Shown: positions 11,516 through 25,487 of the stretch, piece by piece
Layout of the letters: the number at the start of each line of letters is the position of its first letter
Position numbering within the stretch: the first letter of the stretch is position 1
Source of the DNA: the human T2T-CHM13v2.0 reference genome, Homo sapiens
DNA: 64,000 nt
Direction: 5' to 3' (one strand)
Assembly: GCF_009914755.1 (NCBI RefSeq)
Contig: NC_060930.1
Program-made: the position numbers and the translations under genes
Notes under the pieces: model-generated
Databases searched by the model: none
Told to the model about the DNA's origin: nothing
The model's input: only the letters and a program-made list of their open reading frames with translations

Positions 11516-13199
11516 CACTTTGAAGCCAGGCATTGACTTCTCATTTCTAGCTGTGAGAGTCCTAGATGGCATCTTCTTCTAATAGAAGGTTGTTTTGTCT
11601 ACATTGAAAATCTGTTGTTTATTGCAGTCATCTTCAGCAATGATCTTAGTTGGATCTTCTGTATAACTTGCTGCAACTTCTACTTCAGCACTTGCTGCTT
11701 CACCTTGCAGTTTATGTTATGAAGACAGCTTTTTTCCTTAAACCTCATGAATCGACCTCTGCTAGCTTCCAACTTTTCTTCTTCAGCTTCCTCATCCCTC
11801 TCAGCCCTCATAGAATTGAAGAGAGTTAGGACCTTGCTCTGGATTAGGTTTTGGCTTAAGGGAATGTTGTGTCTGGTTTGATCTTCTCTCCAGATCACTC
11901 AAACTTTCTCCGTGTCAGCAATAAGGCTGTTTTCTTTTTTATCATTTCAGTGTTCACTGGAGTAGTACTTTTAATTTCTTTCAATAACTTTTCCTTTGCA
12001 TTCACAACTTGGGTAACTGTTTAGCACAAGAGGCCTAGTTTTTGGCCTGTCTAGGTTTCTGACATGTCTGGTTTCCTCACCAGGCTTAATCATTTCTAGC
12101 TTTTGCTTTAAAGTGAGAGATGTGCAACTCTTCTTTTCCCTTGATCACTTAGAGGCCATTGTAGGGATATTAATAGGCCCAATTTCAATATTATTTAATC
12201 TTGGGAAATAGGGAGGCCTGAAGAGAAGGAGAAAAATGGGGGAATAGCCGGTTGGTGGAGCAGTCAAAACACACACAACATGTATGGATTGCACTTGCCA
12301 TCTTCTATGGGTGAGGTTTGAGGTGCCCCAAAACAATTATAATAGTAAGATCAAGGATTGCTGATCATAGATCACCATAACAGATATAATAATAATGAAA
12401 AATTTGAAATATTGCAAGGATTACCAAAATGGGACAGAGAGACAGGAAGTAAGCATATGCTGTTGGAAAAATGGCACTGATACCCTTGCTTGATGCAGGG
12501 TTGCCACAAAACCTTTAATTTGTTAAAAACAAAACAAAACTACCCATCTGTGAGTTGAGTGCGGTAAAATGAGGTGTGCCTCTATGTGATTGATGTCCCC
12601 CCATATCTGCTGGTCTAAAATCTGAGGTGGCGTCCATAAGATTCTTTTCCGTTTGACTCAGAGATAATAAGCATCTCGAAAGGCTTCTTTTCATTTCAGG
12701 GTGGTAGATCTGGGAGGCAGCCAATGTGTTGCCAAATTGGTGGCAGAAACCTAGAAAATGGGTAGGAAGAAGTAGTAAAAGCACTAACAGAAGTACGTTA
12801 CATCCTGGGAGATGTAATATACACAAATAAAGTGTTGTAGGTTGTTGCTAATGGTAAGAGTTAGCAGCAGTGTACACTGAGGCCTGTAGTTTCTATTTTA
12901 TGTACTCCATTGCTTCGGAGTGAGAGAACCAGCCGGTGAGTAGGGGAAAATACCTTCTCAATAGAGCTGAGGTTTGTTGCATGGAGGCCTACAAAGCACT
13001 ATTTTACTAAATTGAGCTAGAATTGTACATACAAACATTTTCAACCATAGATCTGGGACTAGAATAGCACCCAAGTAAAAAAGTGACCCCTAGATAAGTC
13101 TCCGTATCCTATCTATTGAAAAATATTAATACTAGCATTAGACAAATATTTCCTTGCTCCAGGTTGATCAAATAGAAAAAAAAAACAACTTTATGCAAC

Positions 13200-14230
13200 C
13201 ATTGAAAATTATTGTAGAACAAAGGAAATATATATCATCCTGAAAACTCGAAAGAACACCAGTGAAAATTATTTACAATAGGAAACAAAAAAGTTTAGAA
13301 AACTGTTCAGAATCCTCACTATATTGAAAAAGGTGTAGTCTCAGTGAAACAGAGCACAATGCCATGAGTTGAGAATTGAGAAATGAAAAGGCAACAGGAT
13401 GAGTTGAAAAGGGGAGTGGATGAAATGAGGTTAGTTGCAAGACTCTAAAAATGCAATGGCAAAAACAAAAAAGGAAATGCAATAGCAAAATTAACATCCA
13501 CAATGGGGGCAGTAAAAGGTAAAATTGATACTGTGGGAAACCAGATCAGTGTGATGGAGAATAAGCTAAAGAAATGTTTTCAGAATTTAGAAGAAAAGGA
13601 AAAAGAAAATAATGAAAGAGAAACCGTGAGGTAAAGAGAATGGAACTTCAGTAACAATTATTGATTATTCCTGAATAATAAACTATAGTAATTAGAAAAA
13701 AATAATAAAACAAAATTGAAGAAAATTACTAGTGCAGGAAGCAAAAAAAATTAAAAGACTACTGTATGAATTGAAAGGTTAATTGTCTTTCAGGCAAAAC
13801 ACATAAGAAATGACATTTAGCTGGACTCATCCTGGCAAAGTTTGAGGTTTAAAATAATGATCAGCTATCATATAAGTAGCCATGCAAGAAAAACCAAATA
13901 AAACATACACAAAGAGCACTCCAGAAAATTACCTAGTAAGGAGCAAAAATTACAGTTTTTTGAATCATCTAAATTTATTATGTATTATTTAGACTCTGAG
14001 TCAAAGAGAGTAACAGAGCAACACCTAAAGAATTTTGAGGCAAAAATTGTCTTCTAAAAATTTTATACCTGACCAAGTTATCTTCCTAAGATAATTAAAA
14101 TATATTATCAGTTATGTAAGTTTTCAGAACATACTATGCATATACCTCATCTTGTTTTTTCATCCCTTTATTACTGCATTTTAATTGAACAAGCCAAGAA
14201 AGGAATTAAAATAAAAAATTCAACAATGAA
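13200..14230 (+). mobile_element. Ancient L1 ORF1-like / HAL1 fragment
   Basis: A-rich decayed coiled-coil-like sequence ending in aaaattttatacctgaccaagttatcttc (ILYPAKL-like). Confidence 0.5.
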
Positions 14231-14293
14231 GTAGAAATGATATAAAACTAAAATGTCACTAATTTGCAGACTATTGGTCAAAAATTGAGCTGA

Positions 14294-14628
<335 letters not shown>

Positions 14629-15759
14629 CCTAGATACTTTTTAATGCTGTTTTCCTGGTTAAAGTTACAGAGAAATAATCTGGCCAGATATTTCCTACAG
14701 AAATGCTACTTTAATGAGTACTTAAGAATTATTTGTTAATTAGCACCTGAAAGTACTGATCTGAATATGGGCTTTTCCTGCCTTCATTGCTGTTTACATG
14801 AATGAATATAAATTGATAAGCTGGCTAAGGTATCTCTTCTGAAATTTTAATATGCTTTATCATTGGTCAGTTTCAAAGGTAAATTGCAGTCTAATTTAGG
14901 CCTATCTAGCATGAGAGTGACTAAGTTATTTTAAAGACCTCACCCAGTCAGATGGCTTCTCTTCTTGCTCTTAAATTGCGGTTTTAAATAGCAGAATCAA
15001 AAAGAGAAGATGAAGAGTGTTGTATTATTGTCACTGTAAATAGACTTATGCTTAATAGCTCACTGTGGGAATTCCCCTGAGATTTCATTTATGGGTACAG
15101 TATCAGAATGTCATGCTGATATGGATGGCCAATAGATAAGTATATATTAATAATTGATAGTTTCTTAATGACGCTTCTGTCTTTGAAAAAATGATTTTAA
15201 AAGAAGGAATATCTTTCAATCCAGTTATGGATCTCTATCAAATATAAGTCAGAGGTTAATAGGACTGTGTCATTGATACTGTAATACAATTGCAATTGCC
15301 TTATTCCTACTTTACATTTTTATTGAAAGTCAACCTAGCATATAATTTTAAAATGATTTTTTCCATCTTATACATTTAATTTTTCTATATATTAGCACAA
15401 ATTAAACTCATAGCTTGACTGTAATCAACATATGTGAACCAATATCTGGTTACCACAGAAAACCATTATTATATGACCTAATTTGATATTTAAAAAATTG
15501 CCATTAGTGACCTTAGGCACAAATAGAAAGGGAATAGCCCTGTAACAGCAGACTTAAATTGTAAAGGAAAAGTGAAGTTTTTTGTTTTTTTTTTTCCTAA
15601 GAGAATGCCTATCAGATAGAATCTCCCTTGCTTTTTGATGAAGTGGGGCTTGCTCTGTTACTTTGTAGTGGGAGAATTTCTCAGACATTCTGCTGTAGCA
15701 AAAAATTTAGACCTTATCACCTTTCCCAATCCTACACCCCCTCATTTCCTCATTATTTT

Positions 15760-17170
15760 TCTTAGTGGCTTAGAGTGCATGGCCCAACCTTATAAGCACA
15801 CCCCCAGCATACCCTCATCATATCCTGTTTACCTTCAATCTTACTCATTTGAAAAATCTATAATCCGGATTAAACTCAACTACTTGTCTACTCATGCCTG
15901 TACACTAGCAGCTAAGAATGATTGAAGAAAATCACAGAAGCCTCCCGTGTGATCTTGCTTGATGTTTATAACCACAAATATCCAATGAGCGCTCCGTACT
16001 GTGCTGACCAACCAGCTACTACACTTACCTAGGCAGTTTCATCTTCGATTCTCACAGTGCCTCTTTCACCTGTTTTCCTCTATCCTCAAATCTTGGGCAT
16101 CCCTCTCTAATCCTCTCACTCAGCTGTCTCTTTCACTCAGAGAGCAATCTTCATATTAGCCAAAGGGCATGGTGACCTTGCTGCTTGTTTCAGTATAAGA
16201 CAACAAAAGCAATCGGAAGAAGCTTCTACATTCTCCCATCATCAAATTTCTCAAACCACCTCCACTTGAAACTCTACTATACTTTCTCTCCTATTGCAGT
16301 AGAAGAAGTGTCTGTGCTTCTAAGGACAACTCTTCCATGTATACCTTGGAATCTATAACCTCATACCTACTCGAGCATTTTATTACTCAGAGTATCTCTC
16401 CTCCCTCCTGTGTTACAGTTTTCCATTTCAATTGCTTCATTTCCATCAGTCCACAAACATAGTGTGCTATCATCTCTCATCTTACACGAAACAAGACAAA
16501 ATAAAATTTGTCTTTGTCTTAAATCTCCTAGTGTCACTCTATTTTTCTGGTTCTATTTTCAGCAAAACTCCTTGGAAGAAGTCTACACTTCTGGTTTTCA
16601 CTTCCTCTTCCTCCATTCTCTCTGAAACACACTCTGCCCCAGTGAAGGAAGTCTAATCAAGGTCATCAGTAACCACTGCGTCAACACATACAGTGGCTAA
16701 TTCTGATTTTTTACTTACATAACTCACAGGAATGACTAGCCTAGTAAATAACCTTCTTTTTCTTGAAGGATTTTCTTAAAACTTGGATTCTGGGAAGTGA
16801 CACTCTTACCTTTCTTCTGACCATTCTGGCTATTTTCTGTTTCTTCTTAGCCTCCCTTACTGGTTCCTCTTCCTCTTCTTAACCTCTCAATGTTGAATTC
16901 CTGAGAAATCAGTTCTAGACCATCTTCCCCTTATAGTCTACATTCACTACCTTGGGGAACTCAACTAGCATTATGGTGGCTTTAAATACATTCTATCTGA
17001 TGTTGGTCCCCCAAATTTATATTTTGAGCCCCAGTCTCTCTTGAGCTCTATATTCTTGTATCTAACCACCTGCTTTTCAAACTTATGTTAAAAAACTTTT
17101 CTTGATTTTACCTCCCAAACCTGCTTCTACTCCCTTATTCTCTATCTAAATAAATGGCACCCCATCATCC
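15760..17170 (+). mobile_element. L2 LINE fragments
   Basis: CT-rich, with ctaatcaaggtcatcagtaacc (KVTNDL-like) and ..taaatggcacc. Confidence 0.65.
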
Positions 17171-19114
17171 AAGACTTTTGTGTTGTACAACTCCGGGGTA
17201 TGTTGTTCTTATGGATTAATTGGACCTTTGTTAGCATCTTCTGTGCATTTTTTTCCCATGGGTATCTCATTTATTTGAATTGGACTAAAAAATGTAAACC
17301 GTTTGGTAGCTGTATTTAGCTCTTGAAAGTTTCAGTCTATCTGGGTAGCTGCTATACTAATTACATGATGAAAATGAACAGCTAATATTCTTTTGTTTGA
17401 GAAATTGCCAAAGATCAGAGAACCATCTTCATATTGACTAAAGTGCATAACTCAAAAAATAATAATTTTAACTTTAACTTCAGATCTTGGAAACATTTCA
17501 GTGAAGAGTTTTTGATTTAAAAAGACCATCAGTTTTCACTTACCATTTAGGATAATAACCATATAATATTTTTCGATTCCACCAAAAATGGCCACATTTC
17601 TCTTTGACTAAAAAGTAGTAAATATCAGCAGCTCTTTTTATTTGCTGCTACTACTGCAGAAAGCTTCATAAACTTTTCAGCCAGAAATATTGTAAAGATC
17701 AAAGAGCTTTCAAATGAGTTTCTAACTAACAATGTAGATACTCTGTCTGCATTAGCCAAACTTGCTATGCTCTGTTCCCTAGAGCACACCATATTCTAAG
17801 CAAGACAGGGATTATTAAAAAGTTAACCGTGGAATAAATAATCAACATAAAATAGTATGCATGATATGTGCATAAGTTTTTAAAGCTAATTATAAAGATA
17901 ATTTTACCTCTACTGCTGTTTTCCATATCATGTTATTTTCCCAGACTGTAATTTTGCCTCCTGCCCTGAAGTAGCTGCCATCCTGAATTTTGTGTTTATA
18001 TCCTCCTCCTTTTTTAGTAGTATATACTCCTAAACAAAATATTGTGTTGGTTAGTTTTGCTTGATTAGGGGCTTCATAAAAGTGGTTTCATTATGAAAGC
18101 TTTCTTTATCCAAATAGAAATAGTGTGTTTAAGTGGGGTAAGCTTGGCAGAACAATGGACCATTGTGATATCATTTACATGCTTATGTTTTTTATTGCCT
18201 TCAGTACTATGTAATTTGGTCTTGTCACTGATTAGCCAATTAGGAATTGGAAGGATGATATGTAAATGTTACTGTCTAACTGACAGAATGATTTATTAGA
18301 AGTGTGTATTTGTAGAATTTCACCTGCTTTGTTGTTTGGGAGGCTCAGTGCCAAACCTAAACACAAGGGTCAATGGCAGACCTGTGGCCAGCGGTTTATA
18401 AGAAAATTCAGCCACAGTTGAATTTCATTCAAGTACGGTTTTGTTTGCTTGCCAGTGGTGCCATGCTGACTTTAGAATATATTTACCTTTTCTATAGTTT
18501 CCATCAGCATTGTTGATTTCAGCATGTATGGATATAACCCGTGGGTCCTGATGCCACCCACTGACAGCACTGGCTTGGTTTTTGGCCCTGCTTGTGCTGG
18601 TACTTTCTATTCTTCCAATGTCAGTGTTTCTACTCTATTCTTACTGCCAAATGGATCCTCTGAACCGTAAGATTTACATGAAGAGGGCTTCCCTTTGCTC
18701 TTGGAAAACTGTGTGGCTCATTGACCTAGGTTGTTTCCTTTGATTTCAGAGATGGGAGAGGTTTTGTTCTCATTAAAAATATTCTTTTGATTTCACGATT
18801 TTGTCTTAATGTGTTTTGGATAGAAAAATGCTAAAAATAATACTCTTACAAAGAAAGCAGAAAAAAAGAAGGAACTGATATTTGTCCATAGCTTTAATCC
18901 ACAAAATTAAAAAGCATTCACTTATTTTAAGAAATAATAGGAGTCATTTTTATGAAAATGTGTTAGTTAGAGCTTACTAAGTTTAATCTTCTGATGTCCT
19001 TATTCTCTTTATTTTAAAAAGCAAGCAATATATACATTGCAAGCCTCTGTAAAGATTGCGTAAGATGCTAATGGAGAGAAGATAGTAATATAGTCATACT
19101 TAAAGTTTATTCTC

Positions 19115-19408
19115 TTTTTTTTTTTTTGAGATGAAGTCTTGCTCTGTTGCCCAGGCTAGAGTGCAGTGGTGCTATCTCCACTCACTGCAACCTATGCCTC
19201 CAGGTTCAAGCGATTCTCCTGCCTCAGCCTCCTGAGGAGCTGGGATTACAGCCACTCACCACTACACCCGGCTAATTTTTGTATTTTTAGGAGAGATGGG
19301 GTTTCACCATGTTGGCCAGGCTGGTCTCAAACTCCTGACCTCAAGTGATCCACCCGCCTCGGCCTCCCAAAGTGCTGGGATTACAGGCCTGAGCCACCGT
19401 GCCCAGCC
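19115..19408 (-). mobile_element. AluS (Sx/Sz-like)
   Basis: Reverse dimer; TSD TATTCTCTT. Confidence 0.95.
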
Positions 19409-20057
19409 TATTCTCTTATATAATTAATTTAAGCTCACTCTTATAAAATTTTCAAGTTTTATTTCATGTCATCTTTTTATGCATGCCTGAGAGGTTATTT
19501 TTCATATAATTTTTTTTGCTTACTGATGCTTTAAATAACCAGTGTAGGTAATGTTTATTAAAGTGAGATGTCAGGTTGCTGGCTTTCATTGTTGAAGAGT
19601 CTGTTTTAGGTGAATAAGGAGAGAAAATGAGGTAATGAGGTGGCGCATATAGTAGCATCTCGGAGACCACTGAGACCAATGCAGGAAAATATCCTGGAGT
19701 GCACAGTCCATCAATTCCAGTATGAGTAGCCTGCAAGGATGATCCACATCAACATTCACAACATTGTGTAAATTACACTAATTAAGTAATCACTTTGTTT
19801 TTCTTCCACCATTTTAGAAGAATTTCCAAGGAATTATTGGTTGGGGGAAAGAGGGATAAGTTGGAATAGACAAGGAGAGGAAGATAGGATTAAGGGTCTA
19901 GATTCCTTCAGTGAATGGTGGCTCTGAGCAGGTAGAGATGAAGGGGAGGAGACTGGAGACTCTTAGAGGACTGTATGAGGGATAGAGCTCTGAAAACTGG
20001 GAAGACGGAATCCAGAGTGGTTTGTCAGGTGTGACACCGTAGAAACTGCCTATTGTG

Positions 20058-20256
20058 TTGGACTTTGGAGACTTAGGGGGAAAGGGTAGGAAGTGGGTGA
20101 GGGATAAAAGACTAGAAATTGGGTTCAGTATATACTGCTCAGGTTATGGGTGCACCAAAATCTCACAAATCACCATTAAAGAACTTATTCATGTAACGAA
20201 ATGCCACCTGTTCCCCCAAAACCAATGGAAATAAGAAATTAATAATAATAATAAAA
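20058..20256 (+). mobile_element. L1PB-type 3' end
   Basis: ggactttggagacttagggggaaagggt..gggtgcaccaaaatctcacaaatcacc.. followed by a (TAA)n tail. Confidence 0.85.
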
Positions 20257-20292
20257 ACTTCTACTCTAAAAAACAAGAAAACAAACAAAAAC

Positions 20293-20440
20293 AATCACTT
20301 GGGGAGTTTTTACAATTTCTAATGCCCAAGTTTCCCTTTATATCAATTAAATAAGAATCTCTAGTGGTAGACATTGGCATCAGTATTTTTCAAAGATTTC
20401 CCAGGTTATTCCAATGTGTTAGCAAAGTTTGGGAAACAGA
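20293..20440. mobile_element. MER5-type hAT-Charlie MITE
   Basis: aatcacttggggag..agaatctct..ggcatcagtattttt..cccaggttattccaatgtg..aagtttgggaaac. Confidence 0.7.
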
Positions 20441-20878
20441 CCTAGCCTATGCTATTCAGTCTCCTACAGTATTAATATATTCCTGAAAATGTGTAAGAGT
20501 AAAGTGATGTTTTTTGCTGTTGTAGAATATGTTCATCCCTAGAGAACTTAAAATATAAATATTTTATAGCTTGCTTTATGACATATTATTCACTATATTG
20601 ATAATATTTTATATGACTTTATTCTTTGTTTACATTTGAACACAATCTTGTGGATATGTGGTGCTAATATTTTCCTCTTTTGGCACATCTAATTAGTTCC
20701 ATGTTTTCTCACAATTAAGTTTATAAGACTGAAGGTTTTTATTCTTAAAAAACAAACAAAAAAAACACCTATTGTGACTCCTCAATTAATGTCCGAGAAA
20801 ATATTTTCAGCCGGAAGGGAAGGACTTAAAACGTTTCATGAGATATTAAATGGAAATGCATTGTTCAGGGCCTCTTAG

Positions 20879-21015
20879 GATATATATATATATATAAAAT
20901 ATAATATATATAAAAATATATAATATGATACATAATATATAATATAATATGTAAAATATATAATATAGTATATAAAAGATAATGTTATATAAATATATAT
21001 AATATAATATATATA
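20879..21015. repeat. (TA)n/TATAA AT-rich low-complexity tract
   Basis: ~135 bp almost entirely A/T. Confidence 0.9.
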
Positions 21016-21220
21016 GGGTCATAGAACATATCCCAGGAGAGATTATGTTAATTGTCTATCATTGCATTTAACATGTAACAGTATTCTAGATAAAATAATA
21101 GTGGTTGATATTGTTTTTTCATCCCCTCTCTACTCCTTTACATTTTGTTTTGGTTAACAGATAACTGACTTAATAAAATTAAAAAGTTAGTTATGAGCAG
21201 AGACACATGTAGACATGTCA

Positions 21221-21276
21221 AAATAGTCATGCATTTCCATGTCAAGCCAAATAGTCATGTATTTCCATGTCAAGCC
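21221..21276. repeat. 28-bp tandem duplication
   Basis: AAATAGTCATG(C/T)ATTTCCATGTCAAGCC x2, 1 mismatch. Confidence 0.9.
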
Positions 21277-21868
21277 AAAGGCAAACTAAAAGAAGCAAAT
21301 AAAACTCCATACAATGGATTTTTACTTTATTTTTTTGTTTGTTTTATCCCAGAATCCTGAAGATTTACATTAGGTGAAAATCTAGTGTACATATATATCT
21401 TAGGAAATGGATATTAGAGTACAATCATTACTAGAGAATCTGTTCTTCCAGAAAGTACCACTAAATTACACATTTAAAACCAGAACAAAGGCAATGAAGG
21501 AACAGTCATTTTTATTAGTTGACTTATTTATTTGATAAACACTTTCTGGATACCAGTGTGCCACTCTGCTAGTTTTAGTAATACAATGACAAGTAACACA
21601 CAGCTCCTGCCTTCAAAAATATTGTGATGTAATGGGGGTGTCAGGCCCAATCAACAGCATAGAAGTATAGTGAAAGAGGCATGTACAGGATATTACAAAT
21701 GATTAAAAACTCTACCCCTTCCAATTATTGTTGGATTCTAAGGTAACATTGATTAGCTAAATTAAGTCCACCCACATTAGGAGCCACACTGCTTTGTGGA
21801 ATGTATATATACATTCTGCCTTTGCCCTGGGGAAGTCAATGGCTGTATTTAGAAGTACAAAGTTTTAG

Positions 21869-22203
<335 letters not shown>

Positions 22204-23049
22204 AGAAGTTTTCTAAAATGAGCTACTGAACATCCTTCTTCCTGATAAGTTCTAACACAAAATTGTTCACTTAAAGGAGCATTACCTGGGCCTTTGAAGA
22301 GGTTTGGTCACTGGCCAGGATTCATATTAGTAAGTGAATGAAAAGTACTCTACTCAAAATGATTTGCCTTCATTTTCTGCCCTAAATGGAAGGAATTGAC
22401 AATGTTTCTGATTGCTGTTGCTGCTGGTGGTGACAATAGTGGTGGGGATGATGGGAAGAGATTTCTGTTTTTATTTTAATCAACCACAGACTTGTTCCCC
22501 AGAAGCCATGTGATCAGCAAATTTAGAGGTGAGGGTTGGTCTATACTGGTTTCTGAGAAAGTCCCCTTTGTTGCCTTACTAGTCCCTCTTTGGGACCTTT
22601 TTAATTTAAGAGTGAATCTTGCAGCCAACCATTCTGTGGAAATAGAAATGATGCTACAATTAAAAATAGAAACATTGAAAAGTTACCGTGCTTAGAGCCT
22701 ATTACATAAAAGTCTTTACCTAATATTCCTCTCATCCCTTCACAGAAGTAAATGAAAGACTCTGCCTCTCTTTTAATTATGAGGGTGAAGCTTCCTTCTG
22801 ACCTTGCTATAGTGAAGGGATTCCTTTCTCCATGGGAGTCCCTCATTCCAGGCTAAAGATGCCATCTGTGCAGAAATATAGTGGTTGTTTGTCCCAAGTG
22901 GGCATTTTGTAGTTCCAAAGACCTTTGAGTATGTGACATTTGTTCACCAAAGACCTCTTAGCCTTTCCCAGGTGTGAGCTCTTCTGTTTGTGTTTTTATG
23001 TTTTAGTGCTGGATCAGAGAAAACATAGAAACTATAGAATACCCTGAGT

Positions 23050-23343
23050 GTAGGGCTTATGGCTATAATCCCAGTACTTTGGGAGGCCGAGGCAGGGAGG
23101 ACTGCTTGAGGCCAGGAGTTCAAGACCTGCCTGAGCAACACAGAAAGCTTCATCTCTACAAAAATAAAAAATAAAAAATTAGCTGAGCATGGTGATGTGC
23201 GCCTGATATCCTAGCTACTTGGGAGGCTGAGGCAGGAGGATTGCTTGAGCCTAGGAGTTCAAGACTTTGATGTGATGCTGCCACTGCACTCCAGCCTGGG
23301 TTACAGAGCAAGACCGTGTCTCAAAAAAAGAAAAAAAAAAAAA
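23050..23343 (+). mobile_element. AluJ
   Basis: gactgcttgaggccaggagttcaagacc.., A-tail. Confidence 0.9.
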
Positions 23344-24413
23344 GAACATTCTGAATGTGTGCAAGAGATATAGCTAGTAGGCCTCGAATTGAACTCCAAA
23401 GGTGAGGCTTGTCTATGCTGGGCATAAAATGGCATATTAACAGTTAAGCTCAGGTAAGGTAAGATCTCATGATTCCTCCCAGCTCATTGCTGCATTTCTA
23501 CATTTTGATAAAATTTTGAATAAAAATAAGGGCAACATGGCACAGACCAGTGAGATCATAGCATAGTAGTGAGGGTGTGGTCAAGCCAGGGTAAGACAGA
23601 TGGTTAATGGAGCATCCCATGCCACAAGAGCCAGATAAATCAAAGACTGAGAGAACGTACATTACACCACCACGGCCAGATACACTGAAACAGCCTTGTG
23701 AGAGCAAAAGGAAGACCCTGCATGGCCCTCAGAAGCGGGTGTGAGTAGTGTTCAAGATGAGGTTGCTGAGGAACCCATGAGAGTGAGCCAGTAGGGCACA
23801 GGCCTTCACACACCAGGAAGCGCAGAAATCTGTTGTGCATTGTAATGATAATATTGCTCACATCCTTAAGTCCAAAATATTTGTCCAGGAGTATCATAGC
23901 TGGAATGCTTTTCTCAAGCTGACTATAAACACTATGGAGAGTGGGTTTTACTGAGAAAAAACTGCCGAATGATACCAATATTTCTCCCACAGCTCCAGAA
24001 AAATGTGTCCACAAGCACAGTCCTATCCTTGAATTGGCAATATAAGCGAAGGATCGTTTTAGGTTAGGGGATGTATTGCTGAGTTCTCTAACTTGTCTTT
24101 TGGACACTTTTGAGTAGTCTGGGTTCTGCCATGGGGCTTTGCTTTGAAAGTTAAGAACAAGGTCAGGCCCCTCACACAGCTGTCATATGCATTCAGTGGT
24201 AGTAGTACATGTTCCTTGAGGTTTTAGCTGTGCAGGCAGCCAACTTCCACAATGGGCAGATGGCAGAATCAGGGGACTGACTTTTGGAAATGGATGGTAG
24301 GAATGGAGGCCATTATGGAAATGGTGGCTTTTCCACGAGGATGCCCAAAGGTCTGGTGAATGGTTCTAGTGAGCTCGTGTGCTTTTCCCCTCTGTTCTCA
24401 TTGCCTTTCTGAA

Positions 24414-24861
24414 TTGTTAAAGATTGAATTGTGTCCCTCTAAAATTCATGTTGAGTTCCTAACCTCAGTACTTTGGAATGCAACCTTATTTGGAAATCAG
24501 CTCATTTCGATGTAATTAATGAAGTTTAGGTGAGGTCATCCTGGAGTAGGGCAGGCCCTGAATCTGATGTGACTGGTATTCTTATAAAAAGGGGAAATAT
24601 GGAAACAGGCATGCACACAGGGAGAACACCATGTGAGCATGACGGCAGAGATGGGAGTGATGCTTCTACAAGCCAAGGAACACGGAAGGTTGCCAGCAAA
24701 CCACCAGAGAAAAGATATGGAACAGGTTCTCCCTCACAGCCCATCCTGCCGACATCTTGATTTCAGACTTCTGGCCCCCAAAACTGTGAGACAGTAATTT
24801 CTGTTGTTTAAATCATCCAGTGTATGATGCTTTGTTATGGCGGCCCTAGCAGACAAATGCA
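24414..24861 (+). mobile_element. MLT1B/C-type MaLR solo LTR
   Basis: tgtt..gaattgtgtccc..aaaattcatgttga..caagccaaggaa..tttgttatggcggccctagc..ca. Confidence 0.85.
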
Positions 24862-25143
24862 TGGTTATCTGTTACTTGGCTGTCTCTTCTAGGGCACTCT
24901 ACATTCATTGAGGTCAGGGACTGTGTCCTGATCATTTCCAAATCCTCATCACATACAGCAGTCCTGGTACACTTAGGCCTCCCCAAAATATTTACCAAAT
25001 ACAAAAAGTAGATATGTTGATTTCTGCCAATAAACATTTAGCTATCTCTCAAGTAGGAAAGCATATATACTGTTTTCCCAATTCTCAAACTCATTTCAGT
25101 TTAGCAACCTTGACCTTGGGTTAGGTTTGGGGTGACTTCCCTG

Positions 25144-25487
25144 TGTCTTAGTCTATTTGGGCTGCTATAAGGAAATATCATAGACTAGACGGCTTATCAG
25201 CAACAGATTTATTTCTCATAGTTCCCTCAGGTGGGAAGTCCAAGATAAAGGTACTTACAGATTCCTTGTCTGATGAGGACAAGGAATGATGGCTTCCTAG
25301 TTCATAGACAGTGGAAGGGAGGAAGGCTCTCTCTCGGGCCTCTTTTATAAGGACACTAATACCATTTATGAGAGCTCTACCCTCATGACTAATCACTTCC
25401 CAAAGCTCCATCTTCAAATACCCTCACATTGGGTGTGGAGTTGCAACATATGAAAGTTAGAGAGACACACACATTCAAACCATAGCA
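25144..25487 (-). mobile_element. MLT1A-type MaLR solo LTR
   Basis: tgtcttagtctatttgggctgctataa..cattcaaaccatagca. Confidence 0.85.

Noticed and set aside
20879-21015. AT-rich tract as a functional element
   Set aside because: Ordinary degenerate (TA)n expansion with nothing further to support function.
23640-24107. 155-aa ORF on the - strand
   Set aside because: No recognisable domain or exon context, non-ATG start; consistent with a chance ORF.
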